From positions 32,001 to 96,000 of the forward strand of contig JBGPIA010000013.1 in the NCBI GenBank assembly GCA_041484665.1: a DNA stretch of 64,000 nt. The letters run 5' to 3'. The notes beneath the pieces were generated by a model, which was not told the DNA's origin, did no database searches, and saw nothing but the letters and a program-made list of their open reading frames with translations. The number at the start of each line of letters is the position of its first letter. The first letter of the stretch is position 1. Positions 1 to 9,609 of this stretch are shown one piece after another. The position numbers and the translations under genes were made by a program. Origin of the DNA: Candidatus Krumholzibacteriia bacterium. Its GTDB lineage: Bacteria > Krumholzibacteriota > Krumholzibacteriia > JAJRXK01.

Positions 1-612
1 ATCGTCTTCGATCACAGGCACTGGGTGGTCGGCCATCACCGCCATGAACTCGCGGCGCCGCTGCAGCGACCACGTGCGCCCCGATGGGTTCTGGCTGTAG
101 GGGATCACGTAGACCAGTTTCGGGTGGTGCTGGGCGAGCGCGCGCTGGAGCGCCTCGATGTCCATGCCTTCGTCGTCGGTGGGGATCTCGACGAAGCGCG
201 GGCGGCACACGCGGAACGAGCCCAACGCCGCCAGGTAGGTGGGGCTTTCGCAGAACACGACATCGCCCTCATCCAGGAACAGCTTGGCAGTGAGGTCGAG
301 CCCCTGCTGCGAGCCGGTGGTCACCATGACCTCTTCATCGGTGAAGCGTGCGCCCCATACGCTGGTCATACGCTGCGCGACCCAGCGCCGCAGCGGCCGG
401 AAGCCCTCGGTGGTCGCGTACTGCAGCGCGCGCGCACCGTCCTCACGCAGCAGATCGCGGGCGAGCTCGGCCAGCTTGGCCGCCGGGAACAGCTCGGGCG
501 CGGGCAGGCCACCCGCCAGCGAGATGATCTCGGGATGTTCGGTCACCTTCAGCAGCTCGCGCACGTCGGACGCGGTGATGTCGTCCATGCGCCGAGCAAC
601 GGGGAAATCCAT
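1..612 (-). CDS. PLP-dependent class I aminotransferase (LysN/ARO8-like), runs off the window start
   Basis: Not in the ORF track. Manual reverse translation from ATG 612 gives MDFPVARRMDDITASDVRELLKVTEHPEIISLAGGLPAPELFP...LQYATTEG...TTGSQQGLDL...ESPTYLAAL...QNPSG...VIEDD; AAGAAGG RBS upstream. Confidence 0.9.
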   Translation of the reverse strand, partial: MDFPVARRMDDITASDVRELLKVTEHPEIISLAGGLPAPELFPAAKLAELARDLLREDGARALQYATTEGFRPLRRWVAQRMTSVWGARFTDEEVMVTTGSQQGLDLTAKLFLDEGDVVFCESPTYLAALGSFRVCRPRFVEIPTDDEGMDIEALQRALAQHHPKLVYVIPYSQNPSGRTWSLQRRREFMAVMADHPVPVIEDD

Positions 613-690
613 GGTGCCACCTTCTTGCTGAGGGCCACCAACTGGGAGCCGATGGGGCAGCCGGCAGCCGCGATCCACACGGACGACACG

Positions 691-806
691 ATTCACCCGA
701 TCGAACGCAACCCATTCGCCCGATCGGGCGCCGCCCGTTCACCCGATCGAACGCCGCCCATTCACCCGATCCTGCGGTGCCCGTTCACACGATCGGGCGA
801 AATCCC
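691..806. repeat. Five imperfect ~23-bp tandem repeats (RTTCACCCGATCG...CCC)
   Basis: Units start at 691, 714, 737, 760 and 783; the last overlaps the MocR stop codon. Confidence 0.8.
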
Positions 807-2515
807 TCGTTCGCGGCTCGCCGTGCGGATGGCTGCGCCGCCGCCGCCGCCATGGCGCGCGCCAGCCTCTTCACGCCCTCGCGCAGCCGCTCGGGCGTTG
901 CGCCGCTGTGGTTGAGCCGGATGCAGTCCGCCCCATTCGCCCCGGTCGAGAACATCGTTCCCGGCAGGAACGTGACGTGCTCGCGCGCCGCCTCGGTCAT
1001 CAGGTGCGGCAGCGAGACCGCGGCGGGGAGCCGGCACCAAACGTAGAAGCCGCCGCGCGGTGTGCTCCACGACAGCCCCGGAACCGCCACCCGCTCGAGC
1101 GCCTGCAGCAGCACCTTGCGCCGGCGCGCGTACTCGCGGCGCGCGCGCTCGAGATGCCGCTCCAGCCTGCCCTCCGCGAGGAAGCGCGCGACCACCAGCT
1201 GCGCCCAGGTGCTGGTGTGCAGGTCCGCTGTCTGTTTCGCGTAGGCCAGGGGTCGCAGCGCCGTCTCGGGGCCCGCCAGCCATCCGACGCGCAGGCCCGG
1301 GAACAACATCTTCGAGCTGGTGGCCAGGTGCAGCACGCAGCCTGTGCGGTCCAGCGACAAGAGCGAGGGCAGCGGCTGTCCCTCGTAGCGCAGCTCCGAG
1401 TAGGCGTCCTCCTCGAGCACGGGGACCTGGTAGCGCCGGGCGAGCTCGAGCAGCCGCTCGCGGCGGGCGAGGCTCATCTCGCTGCCGGTGGGATTCTGGA
1501 AGGTCGGGACGGTATAGATGAGTTTAGGACGCCGGCGAGCGAGCGCCCGCTCGAGGGCGTCCATGTTCATCCCTTCGCGATCGACGGGCAGCCCCACGAT
1601 GCGCACGCCCGCGCGGCGGAAGGTCAGGATGGCGCCCAGGTAACCCGGATCCTCCATCACCACGATGTCGTCGGGCGCGAGGAACACGCGGCTGACCAGA
1701 TCGAGCCCCTGCTGCGACCCGGTCGTCACCATCACCTGCGCAGGCGTGCAGCGCGCCCCGCGCGCGGCCAGCCAATCGCACACCGCATGGCGCAGGGTGG
1801 GCGTCCCCTCGGTTGGGCTGTGCAGCATGGCGTCGGGACCATCCTCGTCGAGGATGCGCTGCTGCACCTCGCGCAGGTCATCCAGCGGGAGCAGCTCGCG
1901 GCCGGGCAGTCCCAGCCCCAGCGAGATCACTCCAGGGCGCTCCACATCGAGCAGGTCGCGGAGCAGCGGATCGTCCATCGCCGGCCCGCTGCGGGCGATC
2001 GGCTCCCAGGAGAACACGGGGCCGCTGGGGCGGCCGAAGCCGCCGAGGCTACCGGGGGTGCCAAGGCTACCGGGAGTGCCAGGGCTGCCGGGGCCGCCGG
2101 GCCTACCGGGGCGGCCAGTCCCGCGCGTCCCGCCCGTTCCGCCGGGGAGGCGAGCTCCAGCTGCCTGGCCGCTTCGGCCCGCAATCTCCGCAAGCCCCGC
2201 CGTAGGTTCTCCGGCGAATCCGCCGTCGAACCCCGCTGCCAGCCGCTCGTCGGCGGCGACCACTTCGGTCCCGCGACCCACGTGGCCCGAAATCAAGCCG
2301 TAGGCCTTCAGGTCCCGGTAGGCAGCCAGCACGGTGCTGCGGTTGACGCCCAGCGCGCGCGCGAGGGTGCGCTCGGGTGGCAGGCGGAATCCCGCCGGCA
2401 GCTGGCCCGAGGCGATGGCGCCCTCGATCTGGCGGCGGATCTGCTGGTAGATGGGTTCGGGCTGCGTCCGGTCGAGGCGCAGGCCCAGGTCGGGGAAATG
2501 CTGTCGGATTGCCAC
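785..2515 (-). CDS. MocR/GabR-family GntR regulator (wHTH + aminotransferase-like domain)
   Basis: PIYQQI...LPPERTLARALGVNRSTVLAAY...GRGT HTH; Gly/Pro-rich linker; TTGSQQGLDL, FQNPTG, SSKMLFPGLRVG (PLP Lys). Confidence 0.93.
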   Translation of the reverse strand: MAIRQHFPDLGLRLDRTQPEPIYQQIRRQIEGAIASGQLPAGFRLPPERTLARALGVNRSTVLAAYRDLKAYGLISGHVGRGTEVVAADERLAAGFDGGFAGEPTAGLAEIAGRSGQAAGARLPGGTGGTRGTGRPGRPGGPGSPGTPGSLGTPGSLGGFGRPSGPVFSWEPIARSGPAMDDPLLRDLLDVERPGVISLGLGLPGRELLPLDDLREVQQRILDEDGPDAMLHSPTEGTPTLRHAVCDWLAARGARCTPAQVMVTTGSQQGLDLVSRVFLAPDDIVVMEDPGYLGAILTFRRAGVRIVGLPVDREGMNMDALERALARRRPKLIYTVPTFQNPTGSEMSLARRERLLELARRYQVPVLEEDAYSELRYEGQPLPSLLSLDRTGCVLHLATSSKMLFPGLRVGWLAGPETALRPLAYAKQTADLHTSTWAQLVVARFLAEGRLERHLERARREYARRRKVLLQALERVAVPGLSWSTPRGGFYVWCRLPAAVSLPHLMTEAAREHVTFLPGTMFSTGANGADCIRLNHSGATPERLREGVKRLARAMAAAAAQPSARRAANEGFRPIV

Positions 2516-2606
2516 CCAATCACCTCATTGGATCGGTCCGTAAAGAGCATAATGCAGGGCTTCGGGCCTGCAAACCACCAATTGGAGGGCATTCGACCCA
2601 GCCAAT
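2516..2606. promoter_or_regulatory. Candidate MocR operator (CCAAT/ATTGG repeats)
   Basis: CCAAT-CACCTC-ATTGG at 2516-2531, CCAATTGG at 2578-2585 and CCAAT at 2602-2606, directly upstream of the MocR start. Confidence 0.55.
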
Positions 2607-2933
2607 CGTGGCGCGCGGCGGCGGCGGCGTGCGGCGATGCCCGGCCGTGCGCGGCAGCGTGCGACGACGCGCGGCGGGGCGCAGCGATGGCCGGCGGCGC
2701 CGGCTCAGGCCATGTCGGCAGAGGAGGTCTCGGGTGATAGACTGCGCGGCGCTTTGGCGGACGCGGCCAGCTGTTAAGCGGCTTCCCGATGGCGCGGCTC
2801 ATCGCTATCAGTCTTCGCCACGTGATGTCGCTCCAGACTGGTGTCGATCCACCTTACAGGAGGTCGGAACACCGACCGACCGGCCAGCCGTGCCGAATCA
2901 CGTTGAAGACAAGGGGAGGCGAAGGAGGCGAAC

Positions 2934-3914
2934 GTGTCGAGAGAGACCATGGCGACCGTACTGGCTGTGCTGGTGGGGCCGATGCTGGTTGCCTGCGCGT
3001 CCCCGGTGCCGCGTGAGCAGCAGGCTGCGGCGACCAAGCGGGCGCCCAAGGAGGAGCAAGCGATGACGATCAAGCCAAGCAAGTCCGGCTATGCCAATGT
3101 GAACGGCGTCAGGCTCTATCACGAGGTCTACGGGGCGGGAGAACCACTCGTCCTGCTGCACGGCGGCCTGATGACGATCCCCGAGATGGCGCCGCTGGTC
3201 CAAGCGCTGGCGGTCGAACGGCAGGTGATCGCGATCGAACTGCAGGGCCATGGACGCACCGCCGATACGGACAGGCCGCTGCGGCTGAAGACGATGGGCG
3301 ACGACGTCGCCACGCTGATCGAACACCTCGGCCTCAGGAAGGCGGATGTCGTCGGCTATTCGCTGGGCGCCGACGTGGCCATGCGCACGGCGATCCAGCA
3401 CCCCGACCGCGTGCGCCGCCTGGTTGTGCTGTCGACACCCTATGCGCGCTCCGGCTGGTATCCCGACGTGCTGGAAGGGATGGCGCAGGTCAATGCGAAG
3501 ATGGCCGAGCAGATGAAGGAAACGCCGACAGGCGTCGCGGCGCGGGACTGGCCGCAGCCGGAACGCTTCCCCCAATTCCTCGACAAGCTCGGCGCGATGA
3601 TGGCAGAGGACTATGACTGGTCAGCCGAAGTCCGGCGGTTGCAAATGCCGGTGATGCTGGTCTATGCCGACCACGACGCCATTTCGACGCGGCACATGGC
3701 TGAGTTTTTCGCCCTGCTGGGCGGCGGCCTCAAGGATCCGGGCTGGCAGTACACGCAGCTCACCAATGCGCGGCTGGCGATCATACCTGGCTACAGCCAC
3801 TACAACTTCTACACCGCGCCGGAGCTCGGCTCGATCATCGAGAAGTTCCTCGCCGATCCGCTGACGAAACCGCAGGGGGGCGAGGCGGCCGCCGCGTCGA
3901 AGGCTACGCAATGA
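2934..3914 (+). CDS. Alpha/beta hydrolase, probable lipoprotein
   Basis: LLHGG, LQGHGRT, GYSLG nucleophile elbow, D and H positions present; lipobox-like LVAC. Confidence 0.9.
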   Translation: MSRETMATVLAVLVGPMLVACASPVPREQQAAATKRAPKEEQAMTIKPSKSGYANVNGVRLYHEVYGAGEPLVLLHGGLMTIPEMAPLVQALAVERQVIAIELQGHGRTADTDRPLRLKTMGDDVATLIEHLGLRKADVVGYSLGADVAMRTAIQHPDRVRRLVVLSTPYARSGWYPDVLEGMAQVNAKMAEQMKETPTGVAARDWPQPERFPQFLDKLGAMMAEDYDWSAEVRRLQMPVMLVYADHDAISTRHMAEFFALLGGGLKDPGWQYTQLTNARLAIIPGYSHYNFYTAPELGSIIEKFLADPLTKPQGGEAAAASKATQ

Positions 3915-5056
3915 TCGCTCTGGGGATCCGACATCCTCGCTCGGCGCGCGCCGGCGGGCCGCCATGGGAACGCGGCGCGTCTTTCCTGACCTGGCTGTTC
4001 TTGCTGTTCTTGGGCGCGCTCGCCGCATGCGGGGACGGCGCAGCGCAATCCCATGGCGGGGGAGCGTTCCAGCCAACCGACGCACTCCTGCTGTCCACGA
4101 ACAGCCCGACCAAGGACGAGGATCCCAGCGTCCTCCGTGCCCGCGACGGAACGCTGTTCGTGGCTTGGTTCTCCGACCGGGGCGGGAATTCCGACATCTA
4201 CATCACCAGCACGAGCAATGGCCGGGACTGGAGTCCCCTAGGGCCCCCGGTCACCGCCAGCAGCGCCGGGGACTTCTACCCCACTCTCTTCCAGGATGAG
4301 CAGGGGACCTTCCACCTCACATGGTTTCGTTGGACGGCGCCGTTTCTGGGGCACATCTGGTACAACACTTCAACGGACGGCCTGACCTGGAATCCCGCTT
4401 CCGAGGTCCAGGTCACCACCGACGCGGGTGTGGATGACTGGGTACCGAGCATCACCCAAGCGGCTGATGGAACGCTGCTCATCTACTTCGTCAGCCGCCT
4501 GCGCAGGGCGCTGAGTCCGACCAACGACATCTACGTCGCGACCAAGCGACCCGCGCAGACCACCTGGGATCCCCCCGTGCCGGTGGCGGGCATCAACAGC
4601 GCCACCGAGCACGATCATCTCCCCTTCGCGGCCCGCACGGGGGCCACCATCACGCTCGTCTGGGACCGGTACGACACGACGAAGGTCATCCCGTGGGAAA
4701 ACCCGAAGTCCGACTTGTGGTACGCGACCTCTTCCAACGGCCTGAGCTGGTCGCCCCCGGCCAAGATCACCAACGACGTGGGCAACGTGGTGCACTTGTA
4801 TCCTGGGCTCTTTCCGAGTCTCACTGGAGAGTGGTCGCTGGTCTGGCTGTCCACCAAGCTCGGTCCGCCGTTGGTGTTCGAGCTTCCGCTCGCCAACGCC
4901 GGGATGTATCCGCTGGGGCTCACGCAGAACACGCTGCTGCCCGCGGGCTACTCCCATCGCATCGCTGCGACGTCGAGTCCGGGGGTCTACCTCGGCGTCT
5001 GGGTCCAGGGGCCAGACGGCGCGCAGGATATCTACTATCGCTTTTTCGAGAAGTAG
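3911..5056 (+). CDS. Lipoprotein with BNR/Asp-box (sialidase-like beta-propeller) repeats
   Basis: LAAC lipobox; Asp-box-like STSNGRDWS, STDGLTW, SSNGLSWS; ATGA overlap with the upstream gene. Confidence 0.75.
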   Translation: MIALGIRHPRSARAGGPPWERGASFLTWLFLLFLGALAACGDGAAQSHGGGAFQPTDALLLSTNSPTKDEDPSVLRARDGTLFVAWFSDRGGNSDIYITSTSNGRDWSPLGPPVTASSAGDFYPTLFQDEQGTFHLTWFRWTAPFLGHIWYNTSTDGLTWNPASEVQVTTDAGVDDWVPSITQAADGTLLIYFVSRLRRALSPTNDIYVATKRPAQTTWDPPVPVAGINSATEHDHLPFAARTGATITLVWDRYDTTKVIPWENPKSDLWYATSSNGLSWSPPAKITNDVGNVVHLYPGLFPSLTGEWSLVWLSTKLGPPLVFELPLANAGMYPLGLTQNTLLPAGYSHRIAATSSPGVYLGVWVQGPDGAQDIYYRFFEK

Positions 5057-5348
5057 GGGTTCCGCGCGTCTTCGAGCAGTCGGGTTCCCGCGCGTGTTCG
5101 AGCCGTCGGTATCGCGCGCGCGCGCAGATCCGCGTCGGGTCGGTGTTGGACGCGATTCTCCGGAAGCGCGATGAGCCGACACGCTACCAGGAGCACCACG
5201 CAAAACGCCACCGAACGGCCTACTTGGAGCGTCACCCAAAACGCCACCGAACGGGCTCCCCAACGAGCGCTTGCAGCAGCTGGGCCGGCTGACCATGTTT
5301 CGCCAGGCAGCGCGCGCTCTCGACCGGGCCTTCACCAGGAGGACGACC

Positions 5349-5846
5349 ATGCCGGGGACCGAGGAAAATCTCAAAGAGGCGTTCGCCGGCGAGAGCCAGG
5401 CGAATCAGAAGTACCGCGCGTTCGCCAAACGGGCGGAGCAGGAGGGCTTTCCCAACGTCGCCCGCTTGTTCCGCACGACGGCGGAGGCCGAACGGATCCA
5501 CGCCGAGGGGCATCTGGGTGCCCTGGCGGGCGTCGGCTCGACCGCCGACAACCTCCAGGCCGCCGTCGCGGGCGAGACCTACGAATTCACCGAGATGTAT
5601 CCGCCGATGCTCGCCCAGGCCGAAGCGGACGGGCACAAGGCGAAGCGCATGTTCGGGTACGCCGTCCAGGCCGAACAGGTCCATGCGAAGCTCTACCAGC
5701 TCGCCCTGGAAGCCGTGCGCCGCGGTCAAGACCTGACCGAGGTGTCGTTCTACCTGTGTCCCGTCTGCGGCCACATCGAGCTCGGCGGCGCTCCCGATTC
5801 GTGCCCCATCTGCGGGACGAAGGGCTCGAAGTACGTCCAGATCTAG
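5349..5846 (+). CDS. rbr: Rubrerythrin
   Basis: TEENLKEAFAGESQA, EAERIHA, GETYE...MYP, AEQVHA; C-terminal CPVCG...CPICG; AGGAGG RBS before ATG 5349. Confidence 0.95.
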   Translation: MPGTEENLKEAFAGESQANQKYRAFAKRAEQEGFPNVARLFRTTAEAERIHAEGHLGALAGVGSTADNLQAAVAGETYEFTEMYPPMLAQAEADGHKAKRMFGYAVQAEQVHAKLYQLALEAVRRGQDLTEVSFYLCPVCGHIELGGAPDSCPICGTKGSKYVQI

Positions 5847-5975
5847 CGGCCGGCGGCCTCACCGATGTGGCCACACCTGTGGCCTCACCCCTTGCCCGTG
5901 GCGCGGCCGGCGGTGTAGCCTGATCGTCCCCCGGCTCAAGAAGCGGATCCGGCGGCTCGAGAACCGGATCCACGG

Positions 5976-6095
5976 ATGACCACGCGCGCGACAGGCACGC
6001 TCGAGATCAAGACCCGTGTCACTCGCCCTACGATCGGGTCGACTCGAGGGCGAAGCTCACCCGCGCCAGCGTGCCCAAGTCATTGGCCGAAAGCG
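5976..6095 (+). pseudogene. Frameshifted N-terminal remnant of a DUF3224-like gene
   Basis: MTTRATGTLEIKT, then in a shifted frame PYDRVDSRAKLTRASVPKS, resembling DUF3224 N-termini as recalled; no continuation. Confidence 0.5.
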
Positions 6096-6132
6096 ACGCG
6101 GCCAACACCGGACCCCCTTGTCGGAGCCGATC

Positions 6133-6654
6133 ATGGCAGTGGTGCGGGAAAGCACGTGTCCGGGGTGCGGACTGCGGATGCCGGTCAGCGATCGGACGAT
6201 CTATGAGGGGTATTACAACGCCTCACCGGAATGCTGGGGCGTCTACACCGAGGTGCTTGGAGCCGAGTTCGGCAACGCCGTGCTGTTCGGGCAGGTCCAT
6301 CAGCTGACCGTGGACGCCTACGCGGCGCAGCATCCGGGGGGGATACATCCAGACAAGTCGGTGGCTGTCCATCTCACCGGACTGCATCTCGTCCTGGATC
6401 GAGGCGTGGCTCCCACCAGCGTGGCAAGGCAGCTCCAGAGTCTCGCCCTGACGATTCGAGAGTGGCCCCACTTCACACCTCCTGCTGATCGCGGGCGGCT
6501 GACGGTGTGCGACGTTGCCCTCTCCGACGATGCGGATGGGCACATCAAGAGCGTGCGGGAGTGGGCGGGGCTGGTCTGGCGAGCGTGGGGGCAGCACCAC
6601 GGCGCGGTGGCAGCCCTCGTCACGCAACATCTCAGTCTCGAGAGAACCCCATGA
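6133..6654 (+). CDS. DUF5946-like protein (CxxC plus His-rich motifs)
   Basis: CPGCG, ASPECW, HQLTVDAYAAQHPG, SVAVHL. Confidence 0.75.
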   Translation: MAVVRESTCPGCGLRMPVSDRTIYEGYYNASPECWGVYTEVLGAEFGNAVLFGQVHQLTVDAYAAQHPGGIHPDKSVAVHLTGLHLVLDRGVAPTSVARQLQSLALTIREWPHFTPPADRGRLTVCDVALSDDADGHIKSVREWAGLVWRAWGQHHGAVAALVTQHLSLERTP

Positions 6655-7220
6655 CCCTGGCGGCGGCAGTCCGGCTCGGGAGCCTCCTGTGGCCAGCTTC
6701 AGAGCTTGTCCTGATCGCCGCTACGCGCAAGCGGCTGCGTGGCGCCTCCGGGCGCGACCGGGGCTCGCTTGCCATCTTGTGGATCGCGATCACGATCGCC
6801 ATCACGGCGGGCATCGGCTTGCATCGGGTCGCGGCCGCGCGGATCCCGATTCCCGGGCCCTGGCTGCAGATCGGCGGTCTGGTCCTGCTGCTCGGGGGGC
6901 TCGCCATCCGATGGGCGGCGATCCTCACACTGGGCCGCTTCTTCACGACCAGTGTGGCGATCCATCAAGATCACCAGCTCGTGCGGACGGGTCTCTTCCG
7001 TTACGTGCGTCACCCGTCCTACAGCGGCGCCCTGCTGGCTTTCTTCGGATTGGCGATCACGTACGGGAACTGGCTCAGCCTCGCGGCCATCTTCGTGCCG
7101 ACGCTGCTGGCATTCCTCTACCGCATCCATGTGGAGGAGTCCTCGCTGGTGGAGGCGCTGGGCGCGGACTACGTCGACTACCAGCGAACGACCCGGCGGC
7201 TCATCCCCGGCGTCCTGTAA
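6651..7220 (+). CDS. Isoprenylcysteine carboxyl methyltransferase (ICMT/Ste14) family membrane protein
   Basis: LGRFF, HQLVRTGLFRYVRHPSYSG, RIHVEE...LG.DY..Y...T.RLIP. Confidence 0.92.
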   Translation: MTLAAAVRLGSLLWPASELVLIAATRKRLRGASGRDRGSLAILWIAITIAITAGIGLHRVAAARIPIPGPWLQIGGLVLLLGGLAIRWAAILTLGRFFTTSVAIHQDHQLVRTGLFRYVRHPSYSGALLAFFGLAITYGNWLSLAAIFVPTLLAFLYRIHVEESSLVEALGADYVDYQRTTRRLIPGVL

Positions 7221-7232
7221 TCGAGGTCTTGA

Positions 7233-8417
7233 TTGGCTCGACCGACCCACGCAGTGGGCGCCCTCACGAGCGCGGTCCTGCTGTCTGCATGCGCGCATTG
7301 GTCGCCCCCGAGCAGCGTGAACCCGTCGCCGCACGCGGGCGATTGGGAGGCTGCCACGCGCTTCGCAACACGCGTGGACTCTCTTCGATTGGCCTCGCGC
7401 ATTCCGGGGTTGGCGATCGTCGTTCTGCGCGATACGACGGTCATCCTGGCACGCGGTTTCGGCTACGCCGATCTGGCGCGCGCCGTGCCCGTTACACCGG
7501 AGACGCCATTCAACATCGCCTCAGTGACAAAGCCGATCTCCGCTGTCGTTGCACTGCGCCTGGTGGAGCGCGGCCTGCTCGATTTGGATCGACCGTTGAC
7601 TACATACGATGGCTTCGCGGACTTCTGCACGGAAGTCCGGGGAGCGGGCGGCATCTTCTTCCGCGACTACGAGTGCGATCGTTACCCCCTGACGCTGCGT
7701 CACGTGCTGTCGATGACGGCGAATGGCGTGCCCGGTACGCACTTCCTCTACAATCCACCGTCATATTCGTGGGCATCCCGGCCCATGGCCCAAGTCAGTG
7801 GCACTTCGTTCTCGGAGCTGACGGCGAGCGAAGTGTTTGCACCAGCCGGTATGACGCACTCGGCGCGCATCCATCGGCGGCTCCCGTTGCCACCCGCTAT
7901 GGCAAGCCAGCTCGCGACGCCCTATCACGTAGACTCAACAGGGCGCATCGTGCCGTCTGATCCGCCGCCGCCCCAGGGCGACGGCGCAGCAGGCGGCGTG
8001 ATCTCGACTGCCATGGATCTGGCGCGCTTCGATGTCGCGCTCACCCAGGGCCGTCTTCTCTCTCCGGCGTCACTACATGCCATGTGGTCGGCGGGGCGCT
8101 CACCCTCGGGGATGGTGTTGCCGTATGGCCTCGGATGGTTCGTCCAAGAGTATGTCGACGAGCCGCTGCTCTGGCACTCGGGCTTATGGGAAAGCGCCTA
8201 CTCCGCCCTCTATCTCAAAGCACCGACCCGTCACCTCACCCTCATTCTGCTCGCCAACTCCGACGGGCTGAATTGGGACAACGGCTTGGACGAGGCGGCG
8301 GTCCACCGGTCGCCGTTCGTGACCGCCTTCTTGGCGGCGTTCCCACGCAAGGTGCTCGGCCAGCGTCGCCGGAGAGGCCCGCCGAACAGCTGTTGCCTAA
8401 CAGGGCGTTGCACTTGA
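7233..8417 (+). CDS. Serine hydrolase, beta-lactamase/AmpC-like family
   Basis: FNIASVTK (SxxK), FLYN, YGLGW, WHSG. Start uncertain. Confidence 0.88.
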   Translation: MARPTHAVGALTSAVLLSACAHWSPPSSVNPSPHAGDWEAATRFATRVDSLRLASRIPGLAIVVLRDTTVILARGFGYADLARAVPVTPETPFNIASVTKPISAVVALRLVERGLLDLDRPLTTYDGFADFCTEVRGAGGIFFRDYECDRYPLTLRHVLSMTANGVPGTHFLYNPPSYSWASRPMAQVSGTSFSELTASEVFAPAGMTHSARIHRRLPLPPAMASQLATPYHVDSTGRIVPSDPPPPQGDGAAGGVISTAMDLARFDVALTQGRLLSPASLHAMWSAGRSPSGMVLPYGLGWFVQEYVDEPLLWHSGLWESAYSALYLKAPTRHLTLILLANSDGLNWDNGLDEAAVHRSPFVTAFLAAFPRKVLGQRRRRGPPNSCCLTGRCT

Positions 8418-8496
8418 CGAGGCGGCAAGCGCGCACGAGCGTGGAGAGCGGCGGCGTTTGCCGCTTCGCAAGTGAACGCCAGTGCGATGGACAGGC

Positions 8497-9384
8497 CTAT
8501 CGTCCGACGTCGGCGGCGCTCCTGGCTGCGACCTGGCGGACGATGCGCCGCACGTCGTTGAAACGGGTCGGGGAGTTCGGGGCGCCCAGCACGACGGCAA
8601 TCAGGTCGCGGCCGTCGTCCCGCAGCCAGGTCGCCACGCAGAAGCCCGCCGCGCCGATGTGGCCGGTCTTGCCACCCACGACCTCGTAGCGGTCGTAGAC
8701 CATGCGATTCGTGTTGCTCAGGTCGTGGGAGCGCCGGCTCGCGCTCACGAAGTGGTACTCGCGCGTGGTCATGATCCGGCGCAGAAGTGAATCCCCCGCG
8801 GCAGCGCGCAGGAGCGCTGCGACCTCGACGGCAGTGGAGACATTGCCCGGATCGAGCCCCGCCGGATCCACGAAACGCGTGTGGGCCAGCCCGAGCTCGC
8901 TCGCCCGCCCATTCATGCGGCCGACGAAGTCGTCCAACGGCAGCCCGGAGCCGCGGGCGAGCGCGCGCGTGGCGGCGTTGTCCGAGATCATGAGGCTCAT
9001 GCGCAGCAGATCGCCGATGCGGACGTGCTCCCGCCGGGTGAGATGCGTGTGGCCGGCGCCGTGCCGGTCGTCGAGCGTGATCTCGACGACCTGGTCCAGG
9101 TCCGGGTGCTGCTCGAGCAGGACGAGCGCCGTCATGAGCTTGGTGAGGCTCGCGATCGGCACCTCCGCGCCGGGATCCTTCTCGAACAGCGTGGTGCCGG
9201 TCTGCGGGTCGATCGCCACGGCATTGCGCGCGTAGACGCCGCCGGGGGGGCCGGGGCGGTAGCGCCCGCGCCTGACGCGGTTGGAGGCCGAGCCGTCCGA
9301 GGGCGACAGGGCCAGCAGGGCGAACAGGGCCAGCGCGGCCATCAAGGTGAGGACGATCGAGCTGCGCGAGGAGCGTGGCCGCAT
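8497..9384 (-). CDS. D-alanyl-D-alanine peptidase, family S11 (PbpG/DacC-like)
   Basis: ASLTKLMT, SDN and GKTG motifs; signal peptide after ATG 9384. Confidence 0.92.
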   Translation of the reverse strand: MRPRSSRSSIVLTLMAALALFALLALSPSDGSASNRVRRGRYRPGPPGGVYARNAVAIDPQTGTTLFEKDPGAEVPIASLTKLMTALVLLEQHPDLDQVVEITLDDRHGAGHTHLTRREHVRIGDLLRMSLMISDNAATRALARGSGLPLDDFVGRMNGRASELGLAHTRFVDPAGLDPGNVSTAVEVAALLRAAAGDSLLRRIMTTREYHFVSASRRSHDLSNTNRMVYDRYEVVGGKTGHIGAAGFCVATWLRDDGRDLIAVVLGAPNSPTRFNDVRRIVRQVAARSAADVGR

Positions 9385-9609
9385 GGGCACCTTTCGCGAG
9401 GGTGGGTTCCGGGGGAGGGGGCACCGCGTGCCGCCCTCCTCCTGCCGCCGGATCTCAGGGATAGAGGGATAGAATGAAGGCATAGCGAACGACGGGCCAA
9501 TGTAGGAGCGCTCGCGGCCAGGCGTCAACCGGACGATAGGCCAGGACCCGATTCCTAGAGTACGATCATACGATCAAAGGGCTCCCCTCGTGCCCCCCCC
9601 GGAACGCCC

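Noticed and set aside
691..806. CRISPR or iteron array
   Set aside because: Head-to-tail 23-mers without spacers, derived from the MocR 3' end; no rep gene.
25..915. Plus-strand 296-aa ORF
   Set aside because: Antisense shadow of the minus-strand aminotransferase.
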